DNA from: Acaryochloridaceae cyanobacterium VAR_48_metabat_390
GTDB taxonomy: Bacteria; Cyanobacteriota; Cyanobacteriia; Thermosynechococcales; Thermosynechococcaceae
NCBI GenBank assembly: GCA_031422435.1
Contig: JANPLU010000027.1
Span: forward strand, 1-44,146
Direction: 5' to 3'
Length of the DNA: 44,146 nt
In this document: positions 10,538-20,955 of the stretch, piece by piece
Position numbering within the stretch: position 1 is the stretch's first letter
How the letters are laid out: the number at the start of each line of letters is the position of its first letter
Position numbers and translations under genes: made by a program
The notes under the pieces: model-generated
What the model saw: only the letters and a program-made list of their open reading frames with translations
The model's database searches: none
Told to the model about the DNA's origin: nothing

Positions 10538-11119
10538 TCATACATCTGGCGTTACGCTACCGTGCCCACGCGGGTCGTCTCCAATACTGCCACCGATGTT
10601 GGGCGAGAATGCCGAGGTTTGCCCACTGCTTGCCATCATCGGCAGCGCTGCATCTGAGGCCAATGCCGCTAAGTTACTGCCCAAAATGGTGCGGGGCTGT
10701 TCGCCAACCACCCCTGCGATCGCTCCACCTTTACGATCTAAAAAAACAAAGTGAGGAATGCCATCGACGCGATAGCGCATCAGTTCAGGTAGCCATTTGC
10801 TATTGTCTACGTTCAGCATGACAAAATTAACGCGATCGCCATACTCCGTTTTGAGCACCGTCATATCGCTCACCATCGCCTGACAGCTCGTGCACCAATT
10901 GGCATAGAACTCGACTAGAGAGGGTTTCCCGTTAGCGATCGCCGTTTCTAGTGGCGTAGCAGAGGCCGCTAAGGTAGTGAGGGAGGGGCGTGCAGATTGA
11001 TTCTGAAACCCTAGCCACAGCAGCACACTCAGCACAACCGCAACCACCACAATCAACAAGTTTCGGAACTGCTGACGACTAGGTGTAGGCGAATTAGGGT
11101 TTGGCGAAGATGAAGTCAT
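10538..11119 (-). CDS. txlA: Thiol:disulfide interchange protein TxlA (HCF164-like membrane-anchored thioredoxin)
   Basis: N-terminal TM helix, EFYANWCTSC, VDGIPHFVFL, C-terminal DPRGHG. Start reassigned to ATG 11119. Confidence 0.85.
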   Translation of the reverse strand: MTSSSPNPNSPTPSRQQFRNLLIVVVAVVLSVLLWLGFQNQSARPSLTTLAASATPLETAIANGKPSLVEFYANWCTSCQAMVSDMTVLKTEYGDRVNFVMLNVDNSKWLPELMRYRVDGIPHFVFLDRKGGAIAGVVGEQPRTILGSNLAALASDAALPMMASSGQTSAFSPNIGGSIGDDPRGHGSVTPDV

Positions 11120-11249
11120 ATTTAATAAACCTAGTCGAAAACTGAGTTCAACAGCGCAATTCTGGCACAGATCCAGAAGCGTCCTAGACTTTATTGTAAG
11201 AAATGCTTTTGCGGTAATTCCATCTTTAGAAAATTTTGACCCCATAAAT

Positions 11250-11293
11250 AAGCAGCAGCAGGGCTGATAGACTCATCAACCCCGCTGCTGCTT
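11250..11293 (-). terminator. 19-bp-stem hairpin terminator downstream of the 11322..11927 gene
   Basis: Minus strand aagcagcagcggggttgat-gagtct-atcagccctgctgctgctt; both mismatches are G-U pairs on this strand; AU-rich tail. Confidence 0.75.
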
Positions 11294-11321
11294 CACACTC
11301 TACTTATCTAAAAGGTGCTGT

Positions 11322-11927
11322 TTACCATAGGCCGCGAACGGGCGCTTCTACAGGCGCTGGCTCCGCCATTACTGTTCCACTGCTTGTATTCGCTGGCTGG
11401 CTAACGGTTCTAGTGCTGCTGTTATAGCTGCTGCTGGTAGATTCGCTGCTGCTGCTTACAACTGCGACAGTCTTTAATCTCAAGTCAGCGGCGCTTAGCT
11501 GGTACAAGTCCTCTCGGATTAACTGCATGTCAGGCGTGATGATAACGCGATCGCCCAAAGATATATAGCGGCGAGAAACACGAGTTAGAAAAAAGTCTTT
11601 TTCGCCACCGTTTCCATCTAGCTCGACCGAAGCATTATAGGGACTAAGATAGGTTATGACACCAGACTGTAATCTTGAATTGTCGATGACAATATTAGAC
11701 CCCATGGCCAAGTTCAAGCTCGAAATTACAGAAGGATCTACTCGGTAAAACTTTACATCACCCGTTGTCGTCTTTACTCTGACAATTGAGCCATCCACCG
11801 ACTCAATTTGACCCATAATATCTTGTCTAGAGAGGGTGCTGGTGGTGGTCATTGTTTGAGAAAAGGCTGGCAGAGACATGCCAACTGTTAATGCAGATGT
11901 CAGTAGAATTCCTGTTAACCACTTCAT
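11322..11927 (-). CDS. Secreted hypothetical protein with two small beta-barrel-like repeats, a Ser/Thr-rich linker and C-terminal PVRGLW
   Basis: Signal peptide MKWLTGILLTSALTVGMSLPAFS; RBS-like GAGG upstream; own terminator. Confidence 0.75.
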   Translation of the reverse strand: MKWLTGILLTSALTVGMSLPAFSQTMTTTSTLSRQDIMGQIESVDGSIVRVKTTTGDVKFYRVDPSVISSLNLAMGSNIVIDNSRLQSGVITYLSPYNASVELDGNGGEKDFFLTRVSRRYISLGDRVIITPDMQLIREDLYQLSAADLRLKTVAVVSSSSESTSSSYNSSTRTVSQPANTSSGTVMAEPAPVEAPVRGLW

Positions 11928-12262
11928 GGTGAAACCTCAATCAATAAATCTTTATATCCTATACACCATAACCCCCTTACCCATCTAAACAATATAGTCC
12001 TTTTGCTAGATTTAATGTCTGCCATAATAGTGACTTTAGGGCTAGGGTATTTTAGACAGGGTTAGACAATTAAATAATAGTTAAGCCAAATCTAAGTCGA
12101 AAAGAGAGGCCATCACGTCACTTCAGCCAACGCTTCCCCCAGAATGTCTCTTTGAGAATCACCTTATTTCATTCTAAAAATCTTTTGCAAAATTAACTTA
12201 TCAATAGTCATACGCCTTAACTCAATAAATATTGAAAAACAATGAACATACTGGCTCTTGAT

Positions 12263-14224
12263 TTAGAGGATTTCAGCCCTAGTTTTTTTTTCTATGGCGA
12301 TGTTAACCAAAGATGCATCTCTCTCTTGGTATATCTCTAAGTCAAACCAAAAAGTCGTTCCCACCCCAACTTCGCTCACGAGATGGATTCTAGAATGGTG
12401 CTTGTCCATAATGTTACGGACGATGGAAAGCCCCAGCCCTGTGCCCTCTAACGTATGAACGCGGTTTTCAACGCGGTAAAAGCGCTCAAACACCGCTATC
12501 TGCTCTTCTTGAGAGATTCCGACGCCTGTATCGGCAACCTCAACCCGAACAATCGTGACTTCTGTTGAGGCTTCTAATGCAGGAAGGCAGTAAGCCCGAA
12601 TGGCAACCTTTCCACCGCTCAACGTAAACTTAAGTGCATTACCGACCAAGTTAATTAAGACCTGAAGCAGCAGATCGTAATGCCCCCAGATCGGCGGCAG
12701 GTTCGGGTTAATATCCTGAATGAGCTCAATGCCTTTATCTCTAGCGTTGAGCTGGCAGGTTCGTAAGGTTTGTTCAATCGGTTGGGTTAAATCAACCATC
12801 TCAAAGCGATACTGTTTGCCAGACTCTAGGCGCGAGAGATCTAAGACATCATTAACCAGTCGCGTCAAGCGATCGGTTTCGTGGTTGGCGGTTTCTAGAA
12901 ATTCTAGACGGTCTTCTTTACTCAGGCTATCGCCGTACTCGTGCAGGGTTTCAATAAAAGACTTGATATTAAAGAGCGGTGTCCTTAGCTCGTGAGACAC
13001 GTTGCTAATAAATTGACTCTTGGCCTCGTTTAGCTCTACCTCACGGGTTATATCCTGGACCGTAATGGCAATTCCCTTGGGTTTATCGCGGATGGTTTTA
13101 TCACGAATCTGGTCAAGCACCGTTGCCAACACAATCCGTACCGTTCTGGGGAGCGGATCTTTGATGCTAATGCGGAACTCTCCGCCGTCTGCTTCGCCCT
13201 GCGCTGCGGCTTGGAGTGGGCGCGTTAGTTCAGCGCGGATGGGATCTGGCAAAATATGAAGCACGTTGCTACCTAAAATATCTTTATTTTCCCAGCCCAG
13301 TAGCCTGCGGGAAGTAGGATTTGCCAAAATGACCTGCATATCGGTATCTAGCAAAATTGCCCCATCCACGATAGTGGAAACGAGCGTTTCAAGCTTTGCT
13401 TTTTCAGCGGTTAGCTCTTCGATATTTTGTTCTTCATAGCGCTCTAAGCGTTCAGCCATTTCGTTAAAGCTAGAGATGAGTTCTCCAAGCTCACCACCAA
13501 AGGGCAGATCTACTCGCTGCTTGAAGTTACCAGAGGCAATATTGGTGACGCCGACCACCAGTTCTTTGATGGGTCGCGTAATGGTCAGCGCATTAAATAC
13601 AGCGCCCAAAATCACCATGACCCAGATGGCAATAAAAACCGCAATGGTAACATCACGGGTCAAGCTCGATGAGGTGACGACGGTTGGGTTTGGGTTGATG
13701 CCCAGCGCCAATACCCCCAGGTATCGCTCGTCTTGGGTGAGGGGCACAAAGATATCCGCCACCTCACCATCTGGGGTTTGGTGTTGTCGCACCATGACCG
13801 CACCAGATTGAGGGCTATAGTTTTCAGGCAAACGGATGCGCCGCTTTAGCGTAAGAGAACTGTTGACTTGAGACTCAGAAAATGGAATGCCATAGTAGAT
13901 GCTGCCTTCTTGGTCGGCATAAAGCATGTAGCGAATGCTAGAAGTGCGGTTATAAAACTTACGAGAAAATTCTGTGACGTCATCATATTTTTTTTCTGCA
14001 ACCAATGGCGCAACGTTGGCCGCAATCAGCAGTCCTAAATCTTGACCGAAACGGGTGTCTTGCAGCCGCGCATCCTGTTGGATGCTGTTTACTGCCCAAA
14101 AGGTCAAGGCGCTCATCACTAAGGACACCACTAGGGTGGCGGCAGCCATGAGCCGAGTCTGAATATTGAACTCAGCCCACCAGCGCCTGATGTCTGTTCC
14201 GATTTTTTTAAAGAGGTCAGTCAC
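12263..14224 (-). CDS. nblS: Multi-stress sensor histidine kinase NblS/Hik33/DspA (TM-HAMP-PAS-HisKA-HATPase)
   Basis: RWWAEFNIQTRLMAAATLVVS, LTRDVTIAVFIAIW, H-box SNVSHELRTPLFNIKSFIETL, ENRVHTLEGTGLGLSIV. Confidence 0.95.
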   Translation of the reverse strand: MTDLFKKIGTDIRRWWAEFNIQTRLMAAATLVVSLVMSALTFWAVNSIQQDARLQDTRFGQDLGLLIAANVAPLVAEKKYDDVTEFSRKFYNRTSSIRYMLYADQEGSIYYGIPFSESQVNSSLTLKRRIRLPENYSPQSGAVMVRQHQTPDGEVADIFVPLTQDERYLGVLALGINPNPTVVTSSSLTRDVTIAVFIAIWVMVILGAVFNALTITRPIKELVVGVTNIASGNFKQRVDLPFGGELGELISSFNEMAERLERYEEQNIEELTAEKAKLETLVSTIVDGAILLDTDMQVILANPTSRRLLGWENKDILGSNVLHILPDPIRAELTRPLQAAAQGEADGGEFRISIKDPLPRTVRIVLATVLDQIRDKTIRDKPKGIAITVQDITREVELNEAKSQFISNVSHELRTPLFNIKSFIETLHEYGDSLSKEDRLEFLETANHETDRLTRLVNDVLDLSRLESGKQYRFEMVDLTQPIEQTLRTCQLNARDKGIELIQDINPNLPPIWGHYDLLLQVLINLVGNALKFTLSGGKVAIRAYCLPALEASTEVTIVRVEVADTGVGISQEEQIAVFERFYRVENRVHTLEGTGLGLSIVRNIMDKHHSRIHLVSEVGVGTTFWFDLEIYQERDASLVNIAIEKKTRAEIL

Positions 14225-14330
14225 TCAGAACTTCAGTCCGCAAGGGTTTCTAAATTAGAAATCTAATGCCCTTATTGTGACATGGCCTGAAAAATCTCGT
14301 CTCATAGAAGTCTAACGTAGAGCTTTAGAC

Positions 14331-15194
14331 TTATCCTGCATGGTATGAGCTGCGAACAAGCGGCCCTGAGCGAATCTGGCTGAATCCTAGGGAGCGCGCA
14401 ATATCGCTCAATCGGTCAAAGTCATCGGGGTGCCAGTATTGGGCGACGGGCAAGTGAGCCAGAGAAGGACGCAGGTATTGGCCTAGGGTGAGGCGATCGC
14501 ACCCCACCTCTCGTAAGTTCGTCATGGCTTCTACAATTTCAGCCTCCGTTTCGCCCAGTCCCAGCATTAAGCCTGATTTGGTGGCAACATCAGGCCGCAG
14601 CCGCTTAACGGTTTCAAGCACAAATAGCGATCGCTCGTACTTCGCCCCGCGTCGCACAGGTGCCTGGAGACGGCGAACCGTTTCTAGATTGTGGTTAAAG
14701 CAAATCGGATGAGCATCGAGCACCGTTTGAATACACTGAACCACGCCCCTAAAATCTGGCGTTAGCACCTCAATTTGAGTATCTGGATTGATTGCGCGAA
14801 CCGCTTTCATAGTTTGCGAAAACATTCCTGCTCCCTGATCCGGCAGATCATCCCGTGCAACGGAGGTCAGAACAACGTATTTTAGACCCAACAGCCGCAC
14901 AGAATCCGCAACTTTATCAGGCTCTTGTGGATCTAGCGGCAGAGGTGAATGGCCCTTATCCACTTGGCAGAAACCGCAAGAGCGGGTACATACAGGCCCC
15001 ATCAACAAAAATGTTGCCGTGTTGTGGGCGTAGCACTCGGCTCGGTTGGGACAGCGCCCTTCTTCACAAATAGTGTGGATGCCGTGGCGCTTAATAATCT
15101 GCTGTACGGGCAGCAATTCACTGGCTGTGCCGATAGGTCGGCGTAACCAGTCTGGAAGACGCTCCATCGGCAGCATTTGGGATTGTGCAGTCAT
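14331..15194 (-). CDS. lipA: Lipoyl synthase
   Basis: [20 protein letters not shown] radical SAM motif, [10 protein letters not shown]. Confidence 0.97.
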   Translation of the reverse strand: MTAQSQMLPMERLPDWLRRPIGTASELLPVQQIIKRHGIHTICEEGRCPNRAECYAHNTATFLLMGPVCTRSCGFCQVDKGHSPLPLDPQEPDKVADSVRLLGLKYVVLTSVARDDLPDQGAGMFSQTMKAVRAINPDTQIEVLTPDFRGVVQCIQTVLDAHPICFNHNLETVRRLQAPVRRGAKYERSLFVLETVKRLRPDVATKSGLMLGLGETEAEIVEAMTNLREVGCDRLTLGQYLRPSLAHLPVAQYWHPDDFDRLSDIARSLGFSQIRSGPLVRSSYHAG

Positions 15195-15563
15195 TGAATT
15201 CTCCGAGAGACTCTTTCGTCATCCATCCACAGTGGGGGCTTTTTTCTGTCATGATAGCTTGAGCATTCTAATAAACTTAGGAATATCTGCTAAAAACCCT
15301 AAATAATCCTGATTGAGCGCTTTACTGGCTCAGATTTTAGACAGATGATGTCCACCCATTCCATTGTCTTCCATAGAAATGGACGAATTTAAGTTATGGC
15401 TTGTGTATTGATCTGTTTATTTTGGGCAGACTTAGAAAGAAAGCTGATTAATTTTCTAGATTAAAGGTGCTGTACATTTACACTTAAATGAGATGTGCAG
15501 TCATATCTAAGAATCAGACTGATATACTTTACCCTTATTGTTCAGAGCGCGTAGGAGATAGGC

Positions 15564-16106
15564 GTGGCCGGTCACAAAATCCTGGTAATTGACGACAGCA
15601 AAGTCATTCGGATGCGCGTCCGAGACATGCTTCCTGAGGGAGACTTTGAGGTGCTTGAAGCCAAAGACGGGCTTGAAGGCTTGAACCTCATTCGTCAAGA
15701 GCGTCCCAATCTCATCATGCTAGACTTTTTGCTGCCCCGTCTGAGCGGCTGGGAAGTGTTCCAAGAACTTCAGCAAGAAGATGAGTTAAGAAGCATTCCG
15801 CTTGTCATTATGTCAGGCCGAAAGGAAGAGGTCACTGACAAGATGACCGAGCCGTTTGAGTTTTTTGAATTCATCGAAAAACCCTTTGAAACGCATCAGC
15901 TTCAGGGCGCAATTCGCAGCGCAATTTCTAAGTCGAAGCTTCCTCGCATCAAAACCGCCGATTTGTCCAAGACAACGATGTCTGGTGGCGCAAGTTCGGA
16001 CGAAGTGATGATTCTGCGCGAACGCGTCGAAAAAATGGAGGGCGAGATTGTTGCGCTCAAGCGGGCGATTGGTCAGCTGGTGGCGTTTGTAAAGCAAAAG
16101 CTTTAA
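15564..16106 (+). CDS. CheY-like response regulator with C-terminal coiled-coil extension
   Basis: KILVIDDS, LIMLDFLLP (phospho-acceptor Asp), IMSG, IEKPF; GTG start with AGGAG upstream. Confidence 0.9.
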   Translation: MAGHKILVIDDSKVIRMRVRDMLPEGDFEVLEAKDGLEGLNLIRQERPNLIMLDFLLPRLSGWEVFQELQQEDELRSIPLVIMSGRKEEVTDKMTEPFEFFEFIEKPFETHQLQGAIRSAISKSKLPRIKTADLSKTTMSGGASSDEVMILRERVEKMEGEIVALKRAIGQLVAFVKQKL

Positions 16107-16130
16107 AGACAAAGACTGCTTAGATTGCCT

Positions 16131-16733
16131 CTAATCTAGTTCGCGGCGACCTTCGAGGGCACGAGCCAATGTCACTTCGTCGGCATACTCTAGGTCGCCA
16201 CCCATGGGTAAACCAAAGGCAATGCGCGTAACGCAGGTAAAGGGCTTAAGCAACTGACCTACGTAGAGCGTGGTGGTTTCTCCTTCAATGCTGGGGTTAA
16301 TTGCCAAAATAATTTCTGTCACTTGGGGCTGGCTAGCGCGGCGAACGAGGGGCGTGACAGTGAGCTGTTCTGGACCAATGCCATCCATCGGCGAAATTAA
16401 GCCGCCTAAAACATGATATTTGCCCTTAAATTCGCGGGTTTTCTCGAGGGCAATGACGTCTCTTGAATCTGCAACCACGCAGATGGTGGCATCGTCTCGG
16501 CTTGGCGATCGGCAAATCTCGCAGGTGGGTTCGGCAGACAGATGAAAGCAAATAGAGCAAAAGCCGACCTGTTGTTTGGCTTCAAGAAGCGCTTGGGCAA
16601 GCGCCTGAACTTCAGATTCGGGTCGCTTGATGATGTGTAGCGCCAAGCGCTGCGCAGATTTAGGGCCAATGCCCGGAAGTTTTTGAAACTGTTCGATGAG
16701 TCGGGCGAGGGGGCGGGTATAGACGCTACTCAA
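16131..16733 (-). CDS. recR: Recombination mediator RecR
   Basis: [13 protein letters not shown]hH motif, C4 zinc finger CSIC...CEIC, TOPRIM domain, LEYADEVTL. Probable TTG start at 16733 with AAGGA upstream. Confidence 0.96.
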   Translation of the reverse strand: MSSVYTRPLARLIEQFQKLPGIGPKSAQRLALHIIKRPESEVQALAQALLEAKQQVGFCSICFHLSAEPTCEICRSPSRDDATICVVADSRDVIALEKTREFKGKYHVLGGLISPMDGIGPEQLTVTPLVRRASQPQVTEIILAINPSIEGETTTLYVGQLLKPFTCVTRIAFGLPMGGDLEYADEVTLARALEGRRELD

Positions 16734-16872
16734 CTGGTATAAATCCTTTTTGTATGCTTTTAAGTCATTGTAGAGCGGGCGATCGCCTCTCTCTACAGCA
16801 GGGTCTACTCTTACCTGCAAGACTTTTTGGAACAGCTCCCATGCGTTTCAGCAATGGGAGTCGTTCTCCCCA

Positions 16873-18258
16873 TTACCTATCCGGCGACAAGGTTTGCTCA
16901 CAATACTCTGGAAGCCTCACGGCAAAAGTACTGCCGCCGCTAGATCCTAAATCATTGGAAATCAAGGCGGGGCTAAAAGCTTGAATACTGCCCCCCATTT
17001 GAGTGATGAGGTCACGGGCGATCGCTAATCCTAGCCCTGTCCCTAGAATCTCCGTTTGTGCCTGCACTCCACGATAGCTGCGCTCAAAAACGCGCTCTAA
17101 ATCTTGGGCTGGGATGCCGCAGCCGGAGTCACTTATCAAAACTTGCTGCATTAAACCAGAACCATTGTCTCGTTCTAAATGGTCTCGCTCTAAACTCACC
17201 CAGATCTGTGCGCCCTTAGGGGAGTACTTCAGGGCATTATCTAGAAGGTTGCCAAATACTTCTCTCAGGGCTGCAATATCGGCATTGATAGGCGGTAAAT
17301 TCTCAGTCATCGAAACGTGGAGATACATCTCTCGCTCATCTATCCGTCCGGCGATCGCATCCAGCAAAGGCTGCAAAATATCTTCTAGCCAGCAGGGCTG
17401 AAGCGCCAGTGCCCCGCCCGTTAGCCAGTTTGTCCCAGGTAAGCTTATCCCAGGTAAAAGAGCAGGTGAATGAGAAATTGCACTCTCGCCTGACTCAAAA
17501 TCTGACTCTAAAGCTGCATCACCCAGATCAATGGCGTCGTCAAACTGGCGCAGTAGGCTTTCTAAATGACTGCTTTCGCCCACCATGCTTTCAACAAAAT
17601 TACGGTTACTGTCCTCTGGCTTCAAGCGCTTGAGCAAAAGCTTTCCCAATGTTCGGATTGTGGTGAGGGGATTGCGAAACTGATGCAGCAGCGTGGAGAG
17701 GGTTGTATGCTGCTCAGACTGCACTAACCTCCGCTGTTCGTGCCCTTGCGCTAACCACTGCGATCGCTGATCTAGGACACAGGCGATTGCCAGAGTGTGG
17801 GCAATCTGCTCAAGCTGCGACTGTTCTCGCTTCTGCCAGCGGCGCTGTTCTCGTGCCACCACCAGCAGCCCCCACATCATGTCTTCATGCACTAGGGGCA
17901 ATACCAAACGAGTGGGTTCTAACGCCTCCGCCAGTGCCAGTTGGTTTGCGGAATCTATCCACTCTTTTTCCCTTGCAAGCTTTTGGATAGGGGCAGGGCG
18001 AAGGGTTTGCAAAGCATGGCTCGATTGAGAGACGGCCGATGGATATTCTTCAGCTTTAGGCAGGGCAAGGGAAACAGACTCTGGCCATTGACCAGTCGCC
18101 TCAGGAAATATGACCAGCGGAATCAATGCCGTTTCGCTTTCTGCCGTCGGGTCTTCGGTCAAATAAATGGCGCTCAGGGATACCCCAAAGCTATCAATGA
18201 GGAGCGCAACCTGTGTGCGACAAAGCGTAATAAATTCTGAACTGGCAGGCATCAACAT
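16873..18258 (-). CDS. hik2: GAF-domain sensor histidine kinase, Hik2/CSK-like
   Basis: MLMPASSEFITLCRTQVALL N-terminus, GAF domain, H-box LLHQFRNPLTTIRTLGKLLLKR, NLLDNALKYS, GTGLGLAIA. Start reassigned to ATG 18258. Confidence 0.82.
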   Translation of the reverse strand: MLMPASSEFITLCRTQVALLIDSFGVSLSAIYLTEDPTAESETALIPLVIFPEATGQWPESVSLALPKAEEYPSAVSQSSHALQTLRPAPIQKLAREKEWIDSANQLALAEALEPTRLVLPLVHEDMMWGLLVVAREQRRWQKREQSQLEQIAHTLAIACVLDQRSQWLAQGHEQRRLVQSEQHTTLSTLLHQFRNPLTTIRTLGKLLLKRLKPEDSNRNFVESMVGESSHLESLLRQFDDAIDLGDAALESDFESGESAISHSPALLPGISLPGTNWLTGGALALQPCWLEDILQPLLDAIAGRIDEREMYLHVSMTENLPPINADIAALREVFGNLLDNALKYSPKGAQIWVSLERDHLERDNGSGLMQQVLISDSGCGIPAQDLERVFERSYRGVQAQTEILGTGLGLAIARDLITQMGGSIQAFSPALISNDLGSSGGSTFAVRLPEYCEQTLSPDR

Positions 18259-18325
18259 GAACTTATGCCGCAGACCAAAGGCAGTGAACAATAAATCTTC
18301 TATACAGTTTACCGGAATATTATTC

Positions 18326-19816
18326 TTAGCCCCGATGCCAACGTGTTGTGCCGTCCGGCTGGTCAATGAGGACAATGTTTTCGGCGCTGAGCAGATCTCG
18401 AAGGCGATCACTCTCTTTAAAATCCTTCGCCTTTCGTGCCGCACACCGTGCCGCAATCATGGCTTCAATGGCGGCATCTGCGCTCTCATCAGCGGGGGCA
18501 ACAGCATCTTGGCTAGAGGCAACTGCCTCTAATCCCAAAACCTGTGCTAACTCAACCAACGTGTGCCAGTCCTGGCGCAAATCCTCAGAAGGACGATCCG
18601 CTTGGCCTTGATGGGTGATGAGGTTTCCGGCTCGGCGCAGCTCTTTTGCCAGCTCAAACAAGACCGCTAACCCTCCAGGAGAATTAAAGTCGTCGTCCAT
18701 TGCCGTTTGGAACCGCTCTACTGCTTCTGCGTTGACGGTAGGGGCATCTGTTTTATCCTTCCAGCCGAGCGCTTCACCATACTCAGCCGCAAACAGCAGT
18801 CCTTCCTTGAGGGTATGCCAGCTATTTTGAGCAGCGGCAATGGCCTCTCCCGTAAAATCAATGGGCTTTCTGTACTGGGCTTGCAGCACAAACACCCGTA
18901 GCGCCATCGGGTCAAAGCGATCGCCCCCCAGCACTTCTAGCGGCTCATCTAAAAGCTGACGAATGGTGGTGAAGTTGCCCAAAGATTTAGACATCTTTTC
19001 GCCGTCTACATTCACCATGCCGTTATGGAGCCAATAGCGCGACAGTGGCTGCCCCGTTACGGCTTCAGATTGGGCAATTTCATTCTCATGGTGCGGAAAC
19101 ATAAGGTCAGCCCCACCCACATGGATGTCAATTTGATCGCCGAAGCGGTCGCGCACCATTGCAGAGCATTCAATATGCCACCCAGGACGGCCTGCACCCC
19201 ACGGCGACTCCCACGATGGCTCATCGGGCTTTGCCGCCTTCCACAGGGCAAAATCAAAGGGGTCTCGCTTCTTAGTCGCCTCAGGATTGGCCTCAGGGTC
19301 TTCCATGCGACCGCTGGCCCCCGCCTGCATATCGTCTAGCTTGCGGCCGGAAAGTTTGCCGTAGCCCTCAAACTGACGCACCGCGTAGTAAACATCTCCC
19401 CCAGCGGCGTAGGCCATGTTCCGCTGCTCTAGCTCATGAATCAGGCGCTTAATGCCGTCTAGGGTATGGGTCGCACGGGGGTACTCATCAGCTTCTAAAA
19501 TATTGAGCCGCGCCATGTCTTCAAAGTAGGCCGCAATAAACTGTTCGCTCACCGCCTCCATCGTGGAGCCTTCCGCCCTTGCCCGATTCAAAATTTTGTC
19601 GTCGATATCGGTAAAGTTTTGCACATAGCGCACCTCATAGCCGCGCCATGCCAGATAGCGCCGAATGATATCCCAAACGATGTAAGAGCGGGCGTGCCCC
19701 AAATGGCAGTAGTCGTAAACCGTAACGCCGCAGCAGTACATCCGCACCTTCCCAGGCTCAATGGGGGCAAAGGCTTCTTTGGTGCGAGTTAGGGTGTTGT
19801 ACAGCGTCAGAGACAT
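18326..19816 (-). CDS. cysS: Cysteine--tRNA ligase
   Basis: [39 protein letters not shown]. Confidence 0.98.
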   Translation of the reverse strand: MSLTLYNTLTRTKEAFAPIEPGKVRMYCCGVTVYDYCHLGHARSYIVWDIIRRYLAWRGYEVRYVQNFTDIDDKILNRARAEGSTMEAVSEQFIAAYFEDMARLNILEADEYPRATHTLDGIKRLIHELEQRNMAYAAGGDVYYAVRQFEGYGKLSGRKLDDMQAGASGRMEDPEANPEATKKRDPFDFALWKAAKPDEPSWESPWGAGRPGWHIECSAMVRDRFGDQIDIHVGGADLMFPHHENEIAQSEAVTGQPLSRYWLHNGMVNVDGEKMSKSLGNFTTIRQLLDEPLEVLGGDRFDPMALRVFVLQAQYRKPIDFTGEAIAAAQNSWHTLKEGLLFAAEYGEALGWKDKTDAPTVNAEAVERFQTAMDDDFNSPGGLAVLFELAKELRRAGNLITHQGQADRPSEDLRQDWHTLVELAQVLGLEAVASSQDAVAPADESADAAIEAMIAARCAARKAKDFKESDRLRDLLSAENIVLIDQPDGTTRWHRG

Positions 19817-19979
19817 AATGCGGCGCGGATGCTCGGTAAAGGTTAGCTCAAAGGTCGATAGCGGAGAAATCTCCTAGACTCCCAATCTTACCGGAACGCT
19901 GCCTACGATGCCGTGACGATAGGATACTGAAAGATGCGATCGCTCGCAAAGATTTTGTGCTTCATTCTCAGTCGTCATC

Positions 19980-20825
19980 ATGGCTACAAAACACAGTCCT
20001 AACCCAGATGAGTGGATGGCCTTAGCCATTGGTAATTCACGGCTGCACTGGGCATGGTTCCGAAACAATTGCCTCCAGCAGACCTTTCACACGCCGCACC
20101 CTAATTCTTCTGTCCTGCCTCAAGATTGGGCAGCGTGGCAACGGCTTTGCCCTTTTTTACAGCAAGAGCATCTTTATCCTGAACTCTGGATGGCTTCCGT
20201 TGTCCCCGCGCAAACGCAATTGTGGCAGCACTATCCGGATGCAGTAATTCTTGAGCGATCGCACATTCCCCTACCAGGCACATACCCTACCCTTGGCCTA
20301 GACCGCGCCCTCGCCTTCTGGAGTGCAGGAATGCTCTACGGCTGGCCTGTGCTGGTAATAGATGGCGGCACGGCACTTACCCTCACAGGAGCCGATGCTG
20401 AAGGTCGTTTTGTAGGCGGAGCTATTTTGCCAGGGTTAGGGCTGCAACTGCGATCGCTTCAGCAAAACACTGCCGCACTACCTCTAGTGGAGCTACCCAT
20501 ACAGCTCCCCGACCTATGGGCTACCGATACGCAAACCGCTATGCAGAGTGGCGTGGTTTATGGGGCGATCGCAGCCTTAACCCACAGACTTGAGCAATGG
20601 CGCAGCATCTATCCTGAATCTCATCTGGCGATCACTGGAGGAGATACTGCCGCGCTGTCCGACTATCTAAAGGCCGACTATCTAAAACAGTGGCACGAGC
20701 AGAGAAACCCTAATACAGCGTTGCATCACCCCATCTCAGACCCACACCTCATTTTCAAAGGGATTTCAGCGCTACGCTCACAAAAGTACACAGTGTTGCA
20801 CCTTAAATCTAAAATAAATCCATAA
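19980..20825 (+). CDS. coaX: Type III pantothenate kinase
   Basis: LAIGNSRLHW, LGLDRA, VIDGGTALT, GGAILPG, ITGGD. Confidence 0.92.
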   Translation: MATKHSPNPDEWMALAIGNSRLHWAWFRNNCLQQTFHTPHPNSSVLPQDWAAWQRLCPFLQQEHLYPELWMASVVPAQTQLWQHYPDAVILERSHIPLPGTYPTLGLDRALAFWSAGMLYGWPVLVIDGGTALTLTGADAEGRFVGGAILPGLGLQLRSLQQNTAALPLVELPIQLPDLWATDTQTAMQSGVVYGAIAALTHRLEQWRSIYPESHLAITGGDTAALSDYLKADYLKQWHEQRNPNTALHHPISDPHLIFKGISALRSQKYTVLHLKSKINP

Positions 20826-20891
20826 GATTACAAAAAATCTGGGTAAGCACCGATACAGTTTAGAGGTCTTCACAATAAATCTTTCTCAAAG

Positions 20892-20920
20892 AAAAAGCGC
20901 TGCTGCCGTAGCAACAACGC
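20892..20920 (-). terminator. Intrinsic terminator of the LysM-M23 gene
   Basis: Minus strand GCGUUGUUGC-UACG-GCAGCAGCGC-UUUUU (cUACGg tetraloop). Confidence 0.8.
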
Positions 20921-20955
20921 CGTCTTCAAAGAGATGCTTCTAAACGCGAAAAGCG

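Noticed and set aside
12052..12068. TTAGACA direct repeat with a 10-bp period upstream of the secreted protein gene
   Set aside because: Only 7 bp in an AT-rich region, with no match to a motif I can name; too weak to call.
11555..14492. HIP1-free gap of about 2.9 kb as a sign of foreign DNA
   Set aside because: It covers the core gene nblS, and at about 1.2 HIP1 per kb one or two gaps this long are expected by chance.
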